Source: an uncultured Hyphomicrobiaceae bacterium (GTDB lineage Bacteria; Pseudomonadota; Alphaproteobacteria; Rhizobiales; CAMYJA01). Taken from it: a stretch of DNA of 64,000 nt. The translations under genes were made by a program, and so were the position numbers. The notes under the pieces were generated by a model that worked only from the letters and a program-made list of their open reading frames with translations, was not told where the DNA came from and searched no databases. Below are positions 10,478 through 21,008 of this stretch, one piece after another. Location: the NCBI GenBank assembly GCA_947258705.1, contig CAMYJA010000001.1, positions 31,128 to 95,127 on the forward strand, in the 5' to 3' direction. The number at the start of each line of letters is the position of its first letter. Positions within the stretch are counted from its first letter, which is position 1.

Positions 10478-11209
10478 ATGCTATTGAAGTCGTTCATCCT
10501 CGTAATACTGGGTTTCGGCCTGTCTTCCTGCAGTCAGAACGACATTCCGGCATCAGGCGTCCCTGCGGTCGTGAATGACGTTCAGGGGCTTGACGATGTT
10601 TTTGGTGATTCAATTACAAACGATGGTGAAAACGAAAAACCGTCTCTCATCAAAAATCCGGACATTGCCGACATCATGAAAGCCGGCCCCCTCGGCGACC
10701 GTTCATTGGGCAGTGCGAATGCTCCCGTAACGATGATTGAATACGCCTCTCTCACCTGTCCCTATTGCAAAAAGTTCCACAATACGACTTTTCCTGTTCT
10801 CAAGCGCGACTACATCGATAAAGGCAAGGTGCGATATATATTGCGCGAGTTTCCCATAGGCCGAACATCCGGCACCGCCTGGATCGTCACGCGATGCGCG
10901 CCAAAAAGCCAATATTTCAAGCTCTATGAACTCTATCTCGCTCGTCAGAATTTATGGGTGTCGCAGGAAATCAGGCGAGAGCCCATTTTCAAGCTGGCTT
11001 CAAAGGTGGGGATGACGCGCGAGAAATTTAACAATTGTCTTTCGAATCAAGCAATTATCGATGGGTTGAAATGGGTCAAAGCGCGCGGGCGCCGTCTCGG
11101 TGTCTATGGCACGCCGACCTTTTTCATCAATGGGGAAATGGTACCTAAAATATTATCGACAGACGAGTTGCGCAAAAAGCTGGACGGTCTTTTAGCCCGG
11201 TCAGGCTAA
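10478..11209 (+). CDS. DsbA-family thiol:disulfide oxidoreductase, predicted lipoprotein (paralog of the upstream gene)
   Basis: Lipobox-like 'LGFGLSSCS', active site 'LTCPYCKKFH' and 'TPTFFINGE'. Collinear similarity to 9686..10429. Confidence 0.85.
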   Translation: MLLKSFILVILGFGLSSCSQNDIPASGVPAVVNDVQGLDDVFGDSITNDGENEKPSLIKNPDIADIMKAGPLGDRSLGSANAPVTMIEYASLTCPYCKKFHNTTFPVLKRDYIDKGKVRYILREFPIGRTSGTAWIVTRCAPKSQYFKLYELYLARQNLWVSQEIRREPIFKLASKVGMTREKFNNCLSNQAIIDGLKWVKARGRRLGVYGTPTFFINGEMVPKILSTDELRKKLDGLLARSG

Positions 11210-11316
11210 AGCAGGACAAACATTTGCGTGGCGTGTTTGCGGATAATATTTTCCACGGTCAAATTTGAAAATTTCACCATTCGTTGGGAACAGATAGTTT
11301 TTTTGGGGGCAGCTAG

Positions 11317-14300
11317 TTGCAAATCAAGCGACTAAAGCTTTTGGGATTCAAATCCTTCGTCGATCCGACCGAGCTCATAATCGAGCCGGGAATGACCGGC
11401 GTCGTCGGCCCTAATGGATGCGGCAAGTCCAATCTCCTGGAGGCCTTGCGATGGGTCATGGGAGAGACATCGTATAAATCCATGCGCGGATCCTCGATGG
11501 AAGACGTAATCTTCTCGGGCACCGACGGCCGCCCCTCTCGGAATAACGCCCAGGTCACAATCATACTCGACAATTCAAAACGCTCCGCACCCGCCGAGTT
11601 CAATGACCATGATGAAATCGAAATCACCCGCCATATCGAGAAGGATTCCGGTTCGTCATATCGCGTCAATGGTCGCGAGGTCCGTGCCCGCGATATAAAG
11701 CTTCTTTTTGAAGACGCAAGCACGGGAGCGCGTTCTCACGCACTCGTCCGCCAGGGCCAGATCGGCGAGATTGTTAATTCAAAGCCCCAGGCCCGCCGGC
11801 GCATACTGGAGGATGCAGCCGGTATCGCAGGTCTTCACAGCCGTCGTCATGAGGCCGAGATGCGCCTTAACGGCGCCGAGGCCAATCTGGCGCGCCTGCA
11901 CGATCTCATGGGTCAGATCACAACCCAGGTCAACAGCTTGAAACGCCAGGCGAGGCAGGCAAAAAAATATCGGGAACTCTCCGATGAAATCCGCAAATCG
12001 GAAGCACTACTGTATTTTCTTAACTGGAAAGCTTCATGTGACGCCGTAGCGCGCGAGGAACACAATCTAACGCAGACCCTCAGTGCTGTTTCACAGGCCA
12101 CCGGCAATGAAACGGCCGCGATCCGTTCCCATGCAGAAGCCGCAGAAAAAATACAACCGATCCGGGACGAAGAAGCGAAGCGCGCCGCCGCCCTGCAGCG
12201 CTTGATAATTGAACGAGAAAGTCTCGAACGGGAGGAACAGGCAGCCGCGAGGCAAAACGCGGAAATGACATCGCGCTTGGAACAGCTTAAGGCCGATCTA
12301 AAGCGCGAGCATGAGAGGATGAACGAGGCAGGCGAATTATTGAGCCGGCTCGACAAAGAAGAAGAAAGCCTGAGAAAACGACTGGAAAATTCCGATGAGG
12401 TTGAAACCGAGGCGCAATCCCGCCGGGACAAGGCCAAAGCCGATGTTGCTAACATCGAACATGAGCACTCGCTGCTCACTGAACAACTGGCCACGTTAAA
12501 AGCCGACCACCGAAAATATAACGAGAATATTGCCGAGCAGGCTGCGAGCATGGAAGATCTCAAGGTCCAGCTTGCCGAGGTCAATTCACAGATATCCGAA
12601 CTATCGATGAACGGCAGCGGCAATGCTTCGGCATTTGCCCAATTGCAGACGTCCATCGACGGCCTTGCTACACGCTCCGTTGAAATAGAAAAGGAAACCC
12701 TCGCGGCGGAAAAAAGCGCCACCTCGGCGCGTGAGCATACGGAGAAGGCCCGGGATGATTACGAGAGCGCCAAACTCCATCTCAGGCAGACTTCAACCGA
12801 AGTTCAAACGCTTGAAAAACTGCTCCAGACAAATGAAAATCCTGACTGGCCGCCAATTCTGGATGATATAAAAGTCGAGCAGGGATATGAAACGGCTCTC
12901 GGTGCGGCGCTTGGTGAGGATCTGGACGCAAGCACCAATCCGGCCGCCCCGGCTCACTGGCGCATGTATGATGGAGCTTCTGATGCGGGAAACGAAATGC
13001 CGCCCCTCCCTGCAGGAGCCGAACCGCTGTCAAACATGGTCCGTGCCCCGGAAGAGATACAGGCGCGCCTGTCTCAAATAGGCATCATCGATAACGAATT
13101 GGGCGCTTCACTGCAAAAGTTACTTCTGCCCGGACAACGCCTGGTCTCAAAAGCCGGTGATTTCTGGAGATGGGATGGTTACACGGTTCTCGCGGACGCG
13201 CCACTCCCCGCGGCCATTCGATTGGTCGAAAAAAACCGGCTGATGGAATTGAAGCAGGATGAAACCGCTGCCCGGGCCAAATTGGTAGACCTGGAAAGAG
13301 AGCACGGCCGGCTCAGGCAAGCCATGATGGATGCCGAAAATACGGCACGCGATATGCGCCAGCGCTGGCGAGCGATCTTGACCGAACTTTCCAATGCCAG
13401 GGAACAGCAATCCAAAAGCGAACGCGCCACGCGCGAGGCCAACGAAAAACTCGCCGCCCTCACCGAAGCCGGCCTCAGAATAGGTAAAAGCCTCGACATA
13501 ACGGCCAGCAGCCATTCAAGCGCACAAAAAAACCTCTCGGCATTAAAATCCGTCGAGAGCTCACAGAAACAGCTTGATGATGTCTATCGGGCACTGGGCC
13601 GGGAACGTGCCGGTCTGCAAGACGCCGAAAACAACCTCACGGAACTTAAACGCGACAATCAAACCGCGCGAGCGAGATTGCAGACCCTGAGCGAGGAGCG
13701 CTCTCAATGGGAGCATCGTCGCAGCCTTTCGCAGGAGCAATCCAAATCGTTGAAGCTGCGCCTTGAAGAGACGCAGTCGCAGCTTGCTGAAATGAGCGAA
13801 CAGCCTGAAAATATTAAGGAGCATCGTCAAAAGCTCCTCACGCAGTTGCAACAGGCAGAACAATCCAGACAGGCATCTGCAGATGAATTGGCCATTTCCG
13901 AAAACCATCTGAAAACCTGCCAACAAGCTCTGCGGAGCGTACAAACAGAACTTACCGAGGTCCGCGAAAACAAAGCGCGTACCGAGGCGCACCTGGAAGC
14001 CGCCAGGGAAAGGCGGTCCGAACTCGCCCACCTCATCGGAGAAAATCTCGAATGCAATCCCGAGGAATGCCTGGACCTCGCCGGCCATGAGCAGGATGAA
14101 CCGATCCCGTCTCAAGAAACCATAGAGAGACAAATCCACAGTAAAAAGGCCGAGCGCGACCGGCTTGGCGGCGTTAACCTTCGTGCCGAAGAAGGATTGG
14201 CGGAATTACACACCCGCTTTGACGATGTCGAGAGCGAACGCGTCGACCTCGAAGAGGCCATCGCCAAACTGAGATCAGGCATCACCCGGCTGAATGCAGA

Positions 14301-14790
14301 AGGCCGCACACGGCTGATGGAGGCATTCGACGAGGTCAACGCTCATTTCAAGAATCTCTTCACCACATTGTTCGGCGGCGGCAATGCCGAGCTTCAGCTC
14401 ATCGAATCCGACGACCCTCTCGAATCAGGTCTTGAAATTCTTGCCTGCCCGCCGGGGAAAAAACCGAATGTCATGAGTCTTCTGTCCGGTGGCGAGCAGG
14501 CACTCACAGCCATGTCTCTCATATTTGCTGTATTCCTGACCAATCCGTCGCCTATCTGTGTTCTCGACGAGGTCGATGCACCATTGGACGATTCCAATGT
14601 GGATCGTTTTTGCAACATGATCCGGGAAATGGCTGAATCGACCGATACCCGTTTTCTCGTCATTACCCATCACCCGATGACTATGGCCCGCATGAACCGT
14701 CTGTTCGGTGTTACAATGGCCGAAAAAGGCATCAGTCAACTCGTATCGGTTGATCTCGAAACCGCCGAGCAATTCCGCGAAGCCAGTTAA
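11317..14790 (+). CDS. smc: Chromosome segregation protein SMC
   Basis: 1157 aa. Walker A 'GPNGCGKSNLLEALRW', a long coiled-coil with a central hinge, signature 'LSGGEQALTAMSL' and Walker B 'CVLDEVDAPLDD'. TTG start. Confidence 0.95.
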   Translation: MQIKRLKLLGFKSFVDPTELIIEPGMTGVVGPNGCGKSNLLEALRWVMGETSYKSMRGSSMEDVIFSGTDGRPSRNNAQVTIILDNSKRSAPAEFNDHDEIEITRHIEKDSGSSYRVNGREVRARDIKLLFEDASTGARSHALVRQGQIGEIVNSKPQARRRILEDAAGIAGLHSRRHEAEMRLNGAEANLARLHDLMGQITTQVNSLKRQARQAKKYRELSDEIRKSEALLYFLNWKASCDAVAREEHNLTQTLSAVSQATGNETAAIRSHAEAAEKIQPIRDEEAKRAAALQRLIIERESLEREEQAAARQNAEMTSRLEQLKADLKREHERMNEAGELLSRLDKEEESLRKRLENSDEVETEAQSRRDKAKADVANIEHEHSLLTEQLATLKADHRKYNENIAEQAASMEDLKVQLAEVNSQISELSMNGSGNASAFAQLQTSIDGLATRSVEIEKETLAAEKSATSAREHTEKARDDYESAKLHLRQTSTEVQTLEKLLQTNENPDWPPILDDIKVEQGYETALGAALGEDLDASTNPAAPAHWRMYDGASDAGNEMPPLPAGAEPLSNMVRAPEEIQARLSQIGIIDNELGASLQKLLLPGQRLVSKAGDFWRWDGYTVLADAPLPAAIRLVEKNRLMELKQDETAARAKLVDLEREHGRLRQAMMDAENTARDMRQRWRAILTELSNAREQQSKSERATREANEKLAALTEAGLRIGKSLDITASSHSSAQKNLSALKSVESSQKQLDDVYRALGRERAGLQDAENNLTELKRDNQTARARLQTLSEERSQWEHRRSLSQEQSKSLKLRLEETQSQLAEMSEQPENIKEHRQKLLTQLQQAEQSRQASADELAISENHLKTCQQALRSVQTELTEVRENKARTEAHLEAARERRSELAHLIGENLECNPEECLDLAGHEQDEPIPSQETIERQIHSKKAERDRLGGVNLRAEEGLAELHTRFDDVESERVDLEEAIAKLRSGITRLNAEGRTRLMEAFDEVNAHFKNLFTTLFGGGNAELQLIESDDPLESGLEILACPPGKKPNVMSLLSGGEQALTAMSLIFAVFLTNPSPICVLDEVDAPLDDSNVDRFCNMIREMAESTDTRFLVITHHPMTMARMNRLFGVTMAEKGISQLVSVDLETAEQFREAS

Positions 14791-14888
14791 AGCCGGTGTC
14801 TTCAGAGGGCAATTGTTCAGGAGCCCATTCTAGCTCAAAGCAGCTGAAAAAACTGGTGCGACATAATTGCCGCTTCGCGCTGGTTTCC

Positions 14889-14917
14889 TTGACTTGAAAG
14901 GGGCCACAAACTATCGT
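14889..14917 (+). promoter_or_regulatory. Candidate sigma70-type promoter of the atpI-atpB-atpE-atpF2-atpF operon
   Basis: TTGACT (14889..14894), 17-nt spacer, TATCGT (14912..14917), about 60 nt upstream of the atpI start. Motif match only. Confidence 0.3.
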
Positions 14918-14978
14918 CCGCACGACCTCGAAGATGCTGTACGGCAACATCGAACACCATCAGATTTGAACATCTTTC

Positions 14979-15392
14979 ATGGCAGATCAATCTGACAGAT
15001 CCGTTAAGCCCGGAGGCGACATCAGCCCCGAAGAACGGGCTGAATTCAAGCGCCGGCTGTCTGAACTCGATGACAGGCTTGATGAAGCCCAGGAGCGTGG
15101 AACCGGGGTGAAAAATGAGGCTGGTCGCGGCAAGGCAATGGGGTATGGCCTGCGCATCGCCACTGATATTATAGCGGCCGTTGTCGTAGGTGGCGGCATA
15201 GGCTGGTTTCTGGACCGGTGGCTTGATAGCGGACCATTGTTGTTAATGGTATTTATCGTATTGGGCATAGTTGCCGGCATACGTAATGTGATCAGGACAT
15301 ACCGGCTTATGGCAGCCGAATTCGGGACAAATACAGGCATGGATCTGGACGACATTTCCACCCCTGAAAGAAACGGTGACGATCCTAATTGA
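14979..15392 (+). CDS. atpI: ATP synthase protein I (AtpI/AtpZ family)
   Basis: Small protein with two hydrophobic helices ('IAAVVVGGGIGWFLDRWL', 'LLLMVFIVLGIVAGI') immediately upstream of the F0 a-subunit gene. Confidence 0.8.
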   Translation: MADQSDRSVKPGGDISPEERAEFKRRLSELDDRLDEAQERGTGVKNEAGRGKAMGYGLRIATDIIAAVVVGGGIGWFLDRWLDSGPLLLMVFIVLGIVAGIRNVIRTYRLMAAEFGTNTGMDLDDISTPERNGDDPN

Positions 15393-15455
15393 CACGAGCT
15401 TCAATCGGATTTACTGGACGTAAAATTATTTCTCAGATGGGCTCAGGGGGTTCCA

Positions 15456-16229
15456 TTGGCTAACCAGAATGCAGGTGATCACGGCGCGGGCACGAGCAGC
15501 ATGCCCGACCCGATGCATCAGTTTGAAATCCAGCGCTGGTTGCCGCTTGAGGTTTTCGGAATTGATGCATCCTTCACGAATTCCGCGGCATTCATGGTGC
15601 TCGCGGCAATTTCGTTGTCGGCGTTTCTTCTTCTCTCGACAAGCGGGCGCTCTCTTGTTCCCGGACGTCTCCAATCGCTGGCCGAAATTACCTATGAGTT
15701 TGTCGCCAATATGGTGCGCGAGAATGTCGGGACGGCAGGAATGAAATATTTTCCTTTCGTATTCACGCTTTTCAGCTTTGTACTTGCATGCAACATGCTC
15801 GGAATGATCCCATATTCGTTCACTGTCACGAGCCACATCATTGTGACATTTGCGCTGGCCGCCATCGTTTTCGTCGGCGTAACGATTATTGGCTTTGCAA
15901 AACACGGTCTGGGTTTCCTGAAATTCTTCGTCCCGTCAGGAGTACCTGCAGCACTCCTCCCTCTTCTGGTGGTCATCGAAGTTATTTCATACCTTACCCG
16001 CCCCGTTAGCCTCTCCGTCCGCTTGTTCGCCAATATGATGGCCGGACACACAATGCTGAAAGTGTTCGGTGGTTTTGTTGTAATGCTTGGGGCGTGGGGC
16101 GGCTGGGCGCCGCTTGGGTTCATGGTCGCGTTCACCGGACTTGAGGTTCTGGTTGCGTTCCTGCAAGCATATGTATTCGCAATCCTCACCTGCATCTATC
16201 TCAACGACGCGCTTCACATGCATCACTAA
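15456..16229 (+). CDS. atpB: F0F1 ATP synthase subunit a
   Basis: Multi-pass membrane protein with 'DPMHQFEI' near the N-terminus and the conserved '[14 protein letters not shown]' essential-Arg motif. TTG start. Confidence 0.93.
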   Translation: MANQNAGDHGAGTSSMPDPMHQFEIQRWLPLEVFGIDASFTNSAAFMVLAAISLSAFLLLSTSGRSLVPGRLQSLAEITYEFVANMVRENVGTAGMKYFPFVFTLFSFVLACNMLGMIPYSFTVTSHIIVTFALAAIVFVGVTIIGFAKHGLGFLKFFVPSGVPAALLPLLVVIEVISYLTRPVSLSVRLFANMMAGHTMLKVFGGFVVMLGAWGGWAPLGFMVAFTGLEVLVAFLQAYVFAILTCIYLNDALHMHH

Positions 16230-16282
16230 TTTCAAGCGCGGCTAATTACGATTAATTTCAAAATGAATTAAGGAGAATTCAA

Positions 16283-16510
16283 ATGGATCCAGCAGCAGCA
16301 AAACTTATCGGAGCCGGCCTTGCTTCAATTGCTCTTGTCGGAGCCGGTATCGGCATCGGCACGATTTTCGGAAATTATCTCTCTGGCGCGCTCCGCAATC
16401 CGTCCGCGGCTCAGGGGCAGTTCGCAAACCTACTTCTGGGTTTTGCCCTGGCAGAGGCTACCGGTCTTTTCGGATTGGTTATTGCACTGATTATTCTTTT
16501 CGTATTCTAG
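16283..16510 (+). CDS. atpE: F0F1 ATP synthase subunit c
   Basis: 75-aa hairpin proteolipid with a '[11 protein letters not shown]' loop and the carboxylate helix '[21 protein letters not shown]'. A GGAG-type RBS lies upstream. Confidence 0.93.
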   Translation: MDPAAAKLIGAGLASIALVGAGIGIGTIFGNYLSGALRNPSAAQGQFANLLLGFALAEATGLFGLVIALIILFVF

Positions 16511-16567
16511 AAGAACAATCGCGAAATCGCGGATCCTGGACGGGCTATTGTCTTCTGCCCGGACTGG

Positions 16568-17137
16568 ATGACGCAGCCATTATTTCCCGAAGTGACAACA
16601 GGCATCCGGCGCCAGGCGTCACAAAACCTTACCGAACAGGGTCGGTGCAAGAGCATGCCTCAACTAGAATTTCATGATTTCGCACCCCAGCTTGTCTGGC
16701 TGGTAATAACATTTGTCGGCCTTTATCTGGTCATGGCGCGCATGGCCTTGCCGCGTATCGCAGATGTTATCGAAGAGCGGCGTGATCGCATCCAGCGCGA
16801 CCTTGACGAAGCCGAGCGCTTGAAGGAAGAAACCGAGCTGGCCATTGCAGCATATGAAGAAGCTTTGGCGAAAGCCCGTGCGAAGGCGCACGCCATAGCC
16901 CAGGACACACGCGATAATCTCAACGCGCAAATCGAAAAAGACCGCCAGAAAGTGGACAGTGAAATCGCGAAATCCATGGCATCCGCCGAAAACCGGATTC
17001 AGAGCGCAAAAACGGAAGCCCTTGCGCATGTCAACGAGGTTGCAAGCGACACAGCTTCGGCACTCGTCGAAAAACTCATCGGTTTGAGTCAAAACAAAGA
17101 CGACATAAAAAACGCCATCAAATCTCTCAATAAATAG
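16568..17137 (+). CDS. atpF2: F0F1 ATP synthase subunit b' (second b-type subunit)
   Basis: Single N-terminal TM helix ('QLVWLVITFVGLYLVMARMALPRI') followed by a long charged helix. The b'/b pair is typical of alphaproteobacteria. The start may be the internal ATG at 16655. Confidence 0.8.
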   Translation: MTQPLFPEVTTGIRRQASQNLTEQGRCKSMPQLEFHDFAPQLVWLVITFVGLYLVMARMALPRIADVIEERRDRIQRDLDEAERLKEETELAIAAYEEALAKARAKAHAIAQDTRDNLNAQIEKDRQKVDSEIAKSMASAENRIQSAKTEALAHVNEVASDTASALVEKLIGLSQNKDDIKNAIKSLNK

Positions 17138-17165
17138 GCCGGTCTGATCGGCTGAGGAAATTTGC

Positions 17166-17657
17166 ATGAAAATACTAGGTACGCCGGAATTCTGGGTCGC
17201 TGTTTCCTTCTTCGGGTTTGTCGCGCTTCTTTTCTATTTCAAGATTCCGGCGCGCATCGGAGAGGCTCTGGACAAACGCGCCATGGGAATACGTGCTGAA
17301 ATCGACGAGGCCAGAAAACTTCGTGAGCAGGCTCAGGCCATTTTAGCGGATTATAGACAGCGGCAGCAGGAAGCCACAGAAGAGGCGGATAAAATAATCG
17401 CTCTGGCGAAACGCGAGGCCGAGATCATGGCGGAAGAAACCCAGGCCAAATTGCGCGATACCTTGAAACGTCGCACCAGGATCGCAGAAGATAAAATTGC
17501 CCAGGCGGAAAGCCAGGCCCTGAGCGAGGTTCGCACTGCAGCGGTTGAGCTGGCAACGGAGGCAACCCGGAAAATTCTCTCCGACAAGGTCGACGCTTCA
17601 TTGTCCGACAAACTGATCGGCGACAGTATCAGCGATCTGAAGTCAAAGATTAACTGA
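17166..17657 (+). CDS. atpF: F0F1 ATP synthase subunit b
   Basis: 163 aa with N-terminal TM helix 'FWVAVSFFGFVALLFYF' followed by an Ala/Glu/Arg-rich helix. Last gene of the F0 operon. Confidence 0.85.
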   Translation: MKILGTPEFWVAVSFFGFVALLFYFKIPARIGEALDKRAMGIRAEIDEARKLREQAQAILADYRQRQQEATEEADKIIALAKREAEIMAEETQAKLRDTLKRRTRIAEDKIAQAESQALSEVRTAAVELATEATRKILSDKVDASLSDKLIGDSISDLKSKIN

Positions 17658-17672
17658 TAGTATTAAAAGCAG

Positions 17673-19244
17673 TCATTCCGCCGCGAGTGCATCCGCCTCG
17701 TCGGCCTTCCAGCACAATTTAGGCTTACGCGCGGCCAATGTCTCATCAAGACGCCGTCGTGGTGCAAATAGGGGGGCGCTTTGCATTGCCTCCCCTCCAT
17801 CCGCCGTGGCTCGCCCGCAAATTGAGCGCAGCGCATCGATAAACTGATCGAGGCTTTCTTTCGATTCAGATTCCGTTGGTTCGATCAGCATTGCTCCATG
17901 CGCCACAAGTGGAAAATAAACCGTCATCGGATGAAAACCCTCATCGATAAGCACCTTGGCAATATCAAGCGTGGTGACATTGCTTCCCTTGAGACTTGTG
18001 TCGTCAAAAAGAACTTCATGCATGCAGACCTGATCGCCAAAAGGCTGATTGAGCACATCGGCAAGACGGGCACGCACATAATTGGCGCTTAACACCGCAT
18101 CCTCTGATGCCTGGCGAATGCCGTCGATGCCGTGACTGAGCATATAGGACATGGCCCGTACGAACATTCCCATCTGTCCGTGAAATGCCGTCAGGCGGCC
18201 AAAAGCCGTCCCATCCTTGCTTGAGTTTCCGTGCCCTTCTTCAAGACGGAGCGCATCTCCTTCCCTGACAACCCGTGGATAGGGTGCGAAAGGCGCCAAT
18301 GCCTTGGAAAACACGACAGGACCTGATCCGGGACCGCCACCGCCATGCGGGGTCGAGAACGTCTTGTGAAGATTGATGTGCATCGCATCAATCCCGAGGT
18401 CCCCGGGGCGCACTTTGGCGGCAATGGCATTGAGATTGGCGCCATCGCAATAGAAATAAGCACCCGCTTCATGAACCGCCTCGGCAATTTCGACAATTTC
18501 GCGTTCAAACAATCCACATGTGTTGGGATTGGTAAGCATAATCGCCGCTACATCCTCCTTGAGCGCGTCACGAATGGCATCAACTCCCATTGTTCCATCT
18601 TCTCGTGCCGCAACCGGGCGCACATCATAGCCGAGCAAAGCCGCTGTCGCAGGGTTCGTACCATGAGCCGACTCAGGAACCACCACAACACGCCGCGCAC
18701 TCTCTCCACTGGCCTCAAGCGCAGCTTTGATAGCGACCATGCCGCACAACTCACCATGAGCACCGGCCTTTGGTGAAAGCGCAATCCCGGCCATTCCCGT
18801 AATACCTAACAACCAGTCAGAAAGCATCTCCATCAATTCGAGAGCGCCCTGGACGCTGCGCTCAGGCTGCAGCGGATGCAAAGAAGAGAAGCCCGGCAAA
18901 CGGGCAAGCTTTTCATTCAGGCGGGGATTATGCTTCATGGTGCATGAACCAAGCGGATAAATTCCCCCATCAATGGAATAGTTGAACTTAGAGAGCCGCA
19001 CATAATGACGGACGGTTTCAGGTTCGCTCAACCCCGGCAGTCCGATACGTTCCTTTCGCAAAAGCTCTTTCGGTATTTCGGTGAGCTTCTCGTGCTCCTC
19101 AAAGTCGACACCCGACCGGTCGACCGAGCCGATCTCAAACAAAAGAGGTTCCTCTACCTGCAACGCCCGGTTGCCCGTGAATGTCTCGCCTATCTCGCTG
19201 GACGATAAAGGCAGAGCCGTGGGCCGTCCCTGACGGTTCATCAT
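17673..19244 (-). CDS. gcvPB: Glycine dehydrogenase (decarboxylating) subunit 2 (P-protein C-terminal half)
   Basis: 523 aa. PLP-lysine region 'HINLHKTFSTPHGGGGPG'. Overlaps the gcvPA stop by 4 nt. Confidence 0.93.
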   Translation of the reverse strand: MMNRQGRPTALPLSSSEIGETFTGNRALQVEEPLLFEIGSVDRSGVDFEEHEKLTEIPKELLRKERIGLPGLSEPETVRHYVRLSKFNYSIDGGIYPLGSCTMKHNPRLNEKLARLPGFSSLHPLQPERSVQGALELMEMLSDWLLGITGMAGIALSPKAGAHGELCGMVAIKAALEASGESARRVVVVPESAHGTNPATAALLGYDVRPVAAREDGTMGVDAIRDALKEDVAAIMLTNPNTCGLFEREIVEIAEAVHEAGAYFYCDGANLNAIAAKVRPGDLGIDAMHINLHKTFSTPHGGGGPGSGPVVFSKALAPFAPYPRVVREGDALRLEEGHGNSSKDGTAFGRLTAFHGQMGMFVRAMSYMLSHGIDGIRQASEDAVLSANYVRARLADVLNQPFGDQVCMHEVLFDDTSLKGSNVTTLDIAKVLIDEGFHPMTVYFPLVAHGAMLIEPTESESKESLDQFIDALRSICGRATADGGEAMQSAPLFAPRRRLDETLAARKPKLCWKADEADALAAE

Positions 19245-20590
19245 GACAACACCTCCTTCAGACCGGCCTCAAGACGGTCGATGTCTTCATCGCTTGTCGT
19301 TTCAGTGGCCGCCAACAGAATCAGATTTTCAAACTGTTCAACATCCGGCAACATGCGCGACACCGGAAGCCCGGCAAGAATATTGCGAGCGGCGAGCTCG
19401 TTCACGACCTCATCGGCTTTGCGCGACACCCGTATGGCGAACTCATTGAAAAAAGCCGATGTGACCAACTCGACGCCGTCAATTTTTTCGAGCCGGCGCG
19501 ATAGCGCAACGGCTCGGGAATGGTTGATCTCTGCCAGCTCGCGCAGACCCGCTTCTCCCAGCAGTGACATATGGATCGTAAACGCGAGACTGCAAAGACC
19601 CGAATTCGTGCAAATATTACTCGTCGCTTTTTCACGGCGTATATGCTGTTCCCGCGCAGACAGTGTCAGCACAAAACCTCGACGACCATCCTGATCGACT
19701 GTTTCTCCGCATACCCGCCCCGGCATCTGCCGCAGGAATTTTTGCCGCGTCGCGAGCAGTCCGACATAAGGACCTCCGAAATTAAGCCCGTTCCCGATGG
19801 ACTGACCTTCGGCAACGACAATGTCCGCCCCCATGCTTCCCGGCGGGCGGATCAGGCCGAGAGAAATTATTTCCGTGACGGCAACGATAAGAAGCGCGCC
19901 CTTCTCATGGGCAGCGGCAGCGATGTCGGAGAGATCTGAAATATTCCCAAAAAAATCGGGATACTGAACCACAACGCATGACGTTTCCTCGTCGATTGCA
20001 TCGATAATTTCCGCAGACTGTTGCGAACCAGCAGACAGCTCTTCAGTTTCAGTCTCGGAAAATTTCGCCAGCGTCCGCACCACATCGGTATATTGTGGAT
20101 GCAATCCTCCCGATAACAGTGCTTTTTGCCTTTTTGTCAGACGATGCGCCATGAGCACCGCCTCGCCGGTGGCGGTAGAGCCGTCATACATCGACGCATT
20201 CGCAATTTCCATTCCGGTCAACAGTGCCACCTGAGACTGGAATTCAAACAGATATTGCAATGTACCCTGCGATATTTCAGGCTGATACGGCGTGTAGGAT
20301 GTCAAAAACTCCGAGCGTTGAATGATGTGATCGACACTCGCCGGCACATGATGATGATACGCCCCCGCACCTATGAAAAAAGGCGCATTGTCTGCGCACA
20401 AATTCTTTTCGGCCAGCTCTCTAATCACCTTCTCGACACGCATTTCACTGGCATGGTGCGGTAAATCGGGCAGTTTCTCGAGCTGTACGTCTTCAGGAAC
20501 ACAGGCAAAGAGATCATCAACCGATCCCACGCCTATTTCACTGAGCATGGTGCCTCTGTCAGCATCTGATAATGGGAGATATCGCATCAA
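19241..20590 (-). CDS. gcvPA: Glycine dehydrogenase (decarboxylating) subunit 1 (P-protein N-terminal half)
   Basis: 449 aa. '[15 protein letters not shown]' is the conserved P-protein motif. 4-nt overlaps with gcvH and gcvPB. Confidence 0.93.
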   Translation of the reverse strand: MMRYLPLSDADRGTMLSEIGVGSVDDLFACVPEDVQLEKLPDLPHHASEMRVEKVIRELAEKNLCADNAPFFIGAGAYHHHVPASVDHIIQRSEFLTSYTPYQPEISQGTLQYLFEFQSQVALLTGMEIANASMYDGSTATGEAVLMAHRLTKRQKALLSGGLHPQYTDVVRTLAKFSETETEELSAGSQQSAEIIDAIDEETSCVVVQYPDFFGNISDLSDIAAAAHEKGALLIVAVTEIISLGLIRPPGSMGADIVVAEGQSIGNGLNFGGPYVGLLATRQKFLRQMPGRVCGETVDQDGRRGFVLTLSAREQHIRREKATSNICTNSGLCSLAFTIHMSLLGEAGLRELAEINHSRAVALSRRLEKIDGVELVTSAFFNEFAIRVSRKADEVVNELAARNILAGLPVSRMLPDVEQFENLILLAATETTSDEDIDRLEAGLKEVLS

Positions 20591-20961
20591 CCGAGGTCCT
20601 CGATGAAGGCTTTGTAATCATCCGCACTCATCAGGTTTTCAAGCTCGTTTTGATCGCTGAGTTTCATTTTGAAAAACCAGGCGCCTTCTTCCGGCGTCTC
20701 GTTGACCAGTGCCGGGTTATCCGCAAGGTCCTCATTGGACTCGACAACTTCGCCGCTCACAGGAGCATAGACCTCGCTCGCAGCCTTGACCGATTCCACG
20801 ACCGCGGCTTCATCGCCCGATTGCAGCGACTTGCCCGAATCCGGCAACTCTACGAAAACAATATCGCCAAGCTGTTCCTGGGCGTATTCCGAGATACCGA
20901 CAACGCCCACATCTCCCTCGATACGGATATATTCATGGTCTTTGGTAAAATATACTGACAA
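20587..20961 (-). CDS. gcvH: Glycine cleavage system H protein
   Basis: 124 aa with lipoyl-lysine motif '[19 protein letters not shown]'. Confidence 0.94.
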   Translation of the reverse strand: MSVYFTKDHEYIRIEGDVGVVGISEYAQEQLGDIVFVELPDSGKSLQSGDEAAVVESVKAASEVYAPVSGEVVESNEDLADNPALVNETPEEGAWFFKMKLSDQNELENLMSADDYKAFIEDLG

Positions 20962-21008
20962 TTGTCTGTCCCCTGTCTAAATGGTAATCCAGATATGAGT
21001 AATTTATT

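Noticed and set aside
11913-12722. 269-aa ORF antisense to the smc coiled-coil region (also 13561..14139 and 13147..13515)
   Set aside because: The Ser/Ala/Cys/Arg-rich translation mirrors the Glu/Ala/Arg/Leu-rich coiled-coil codons of smc. It has no start context or motif.
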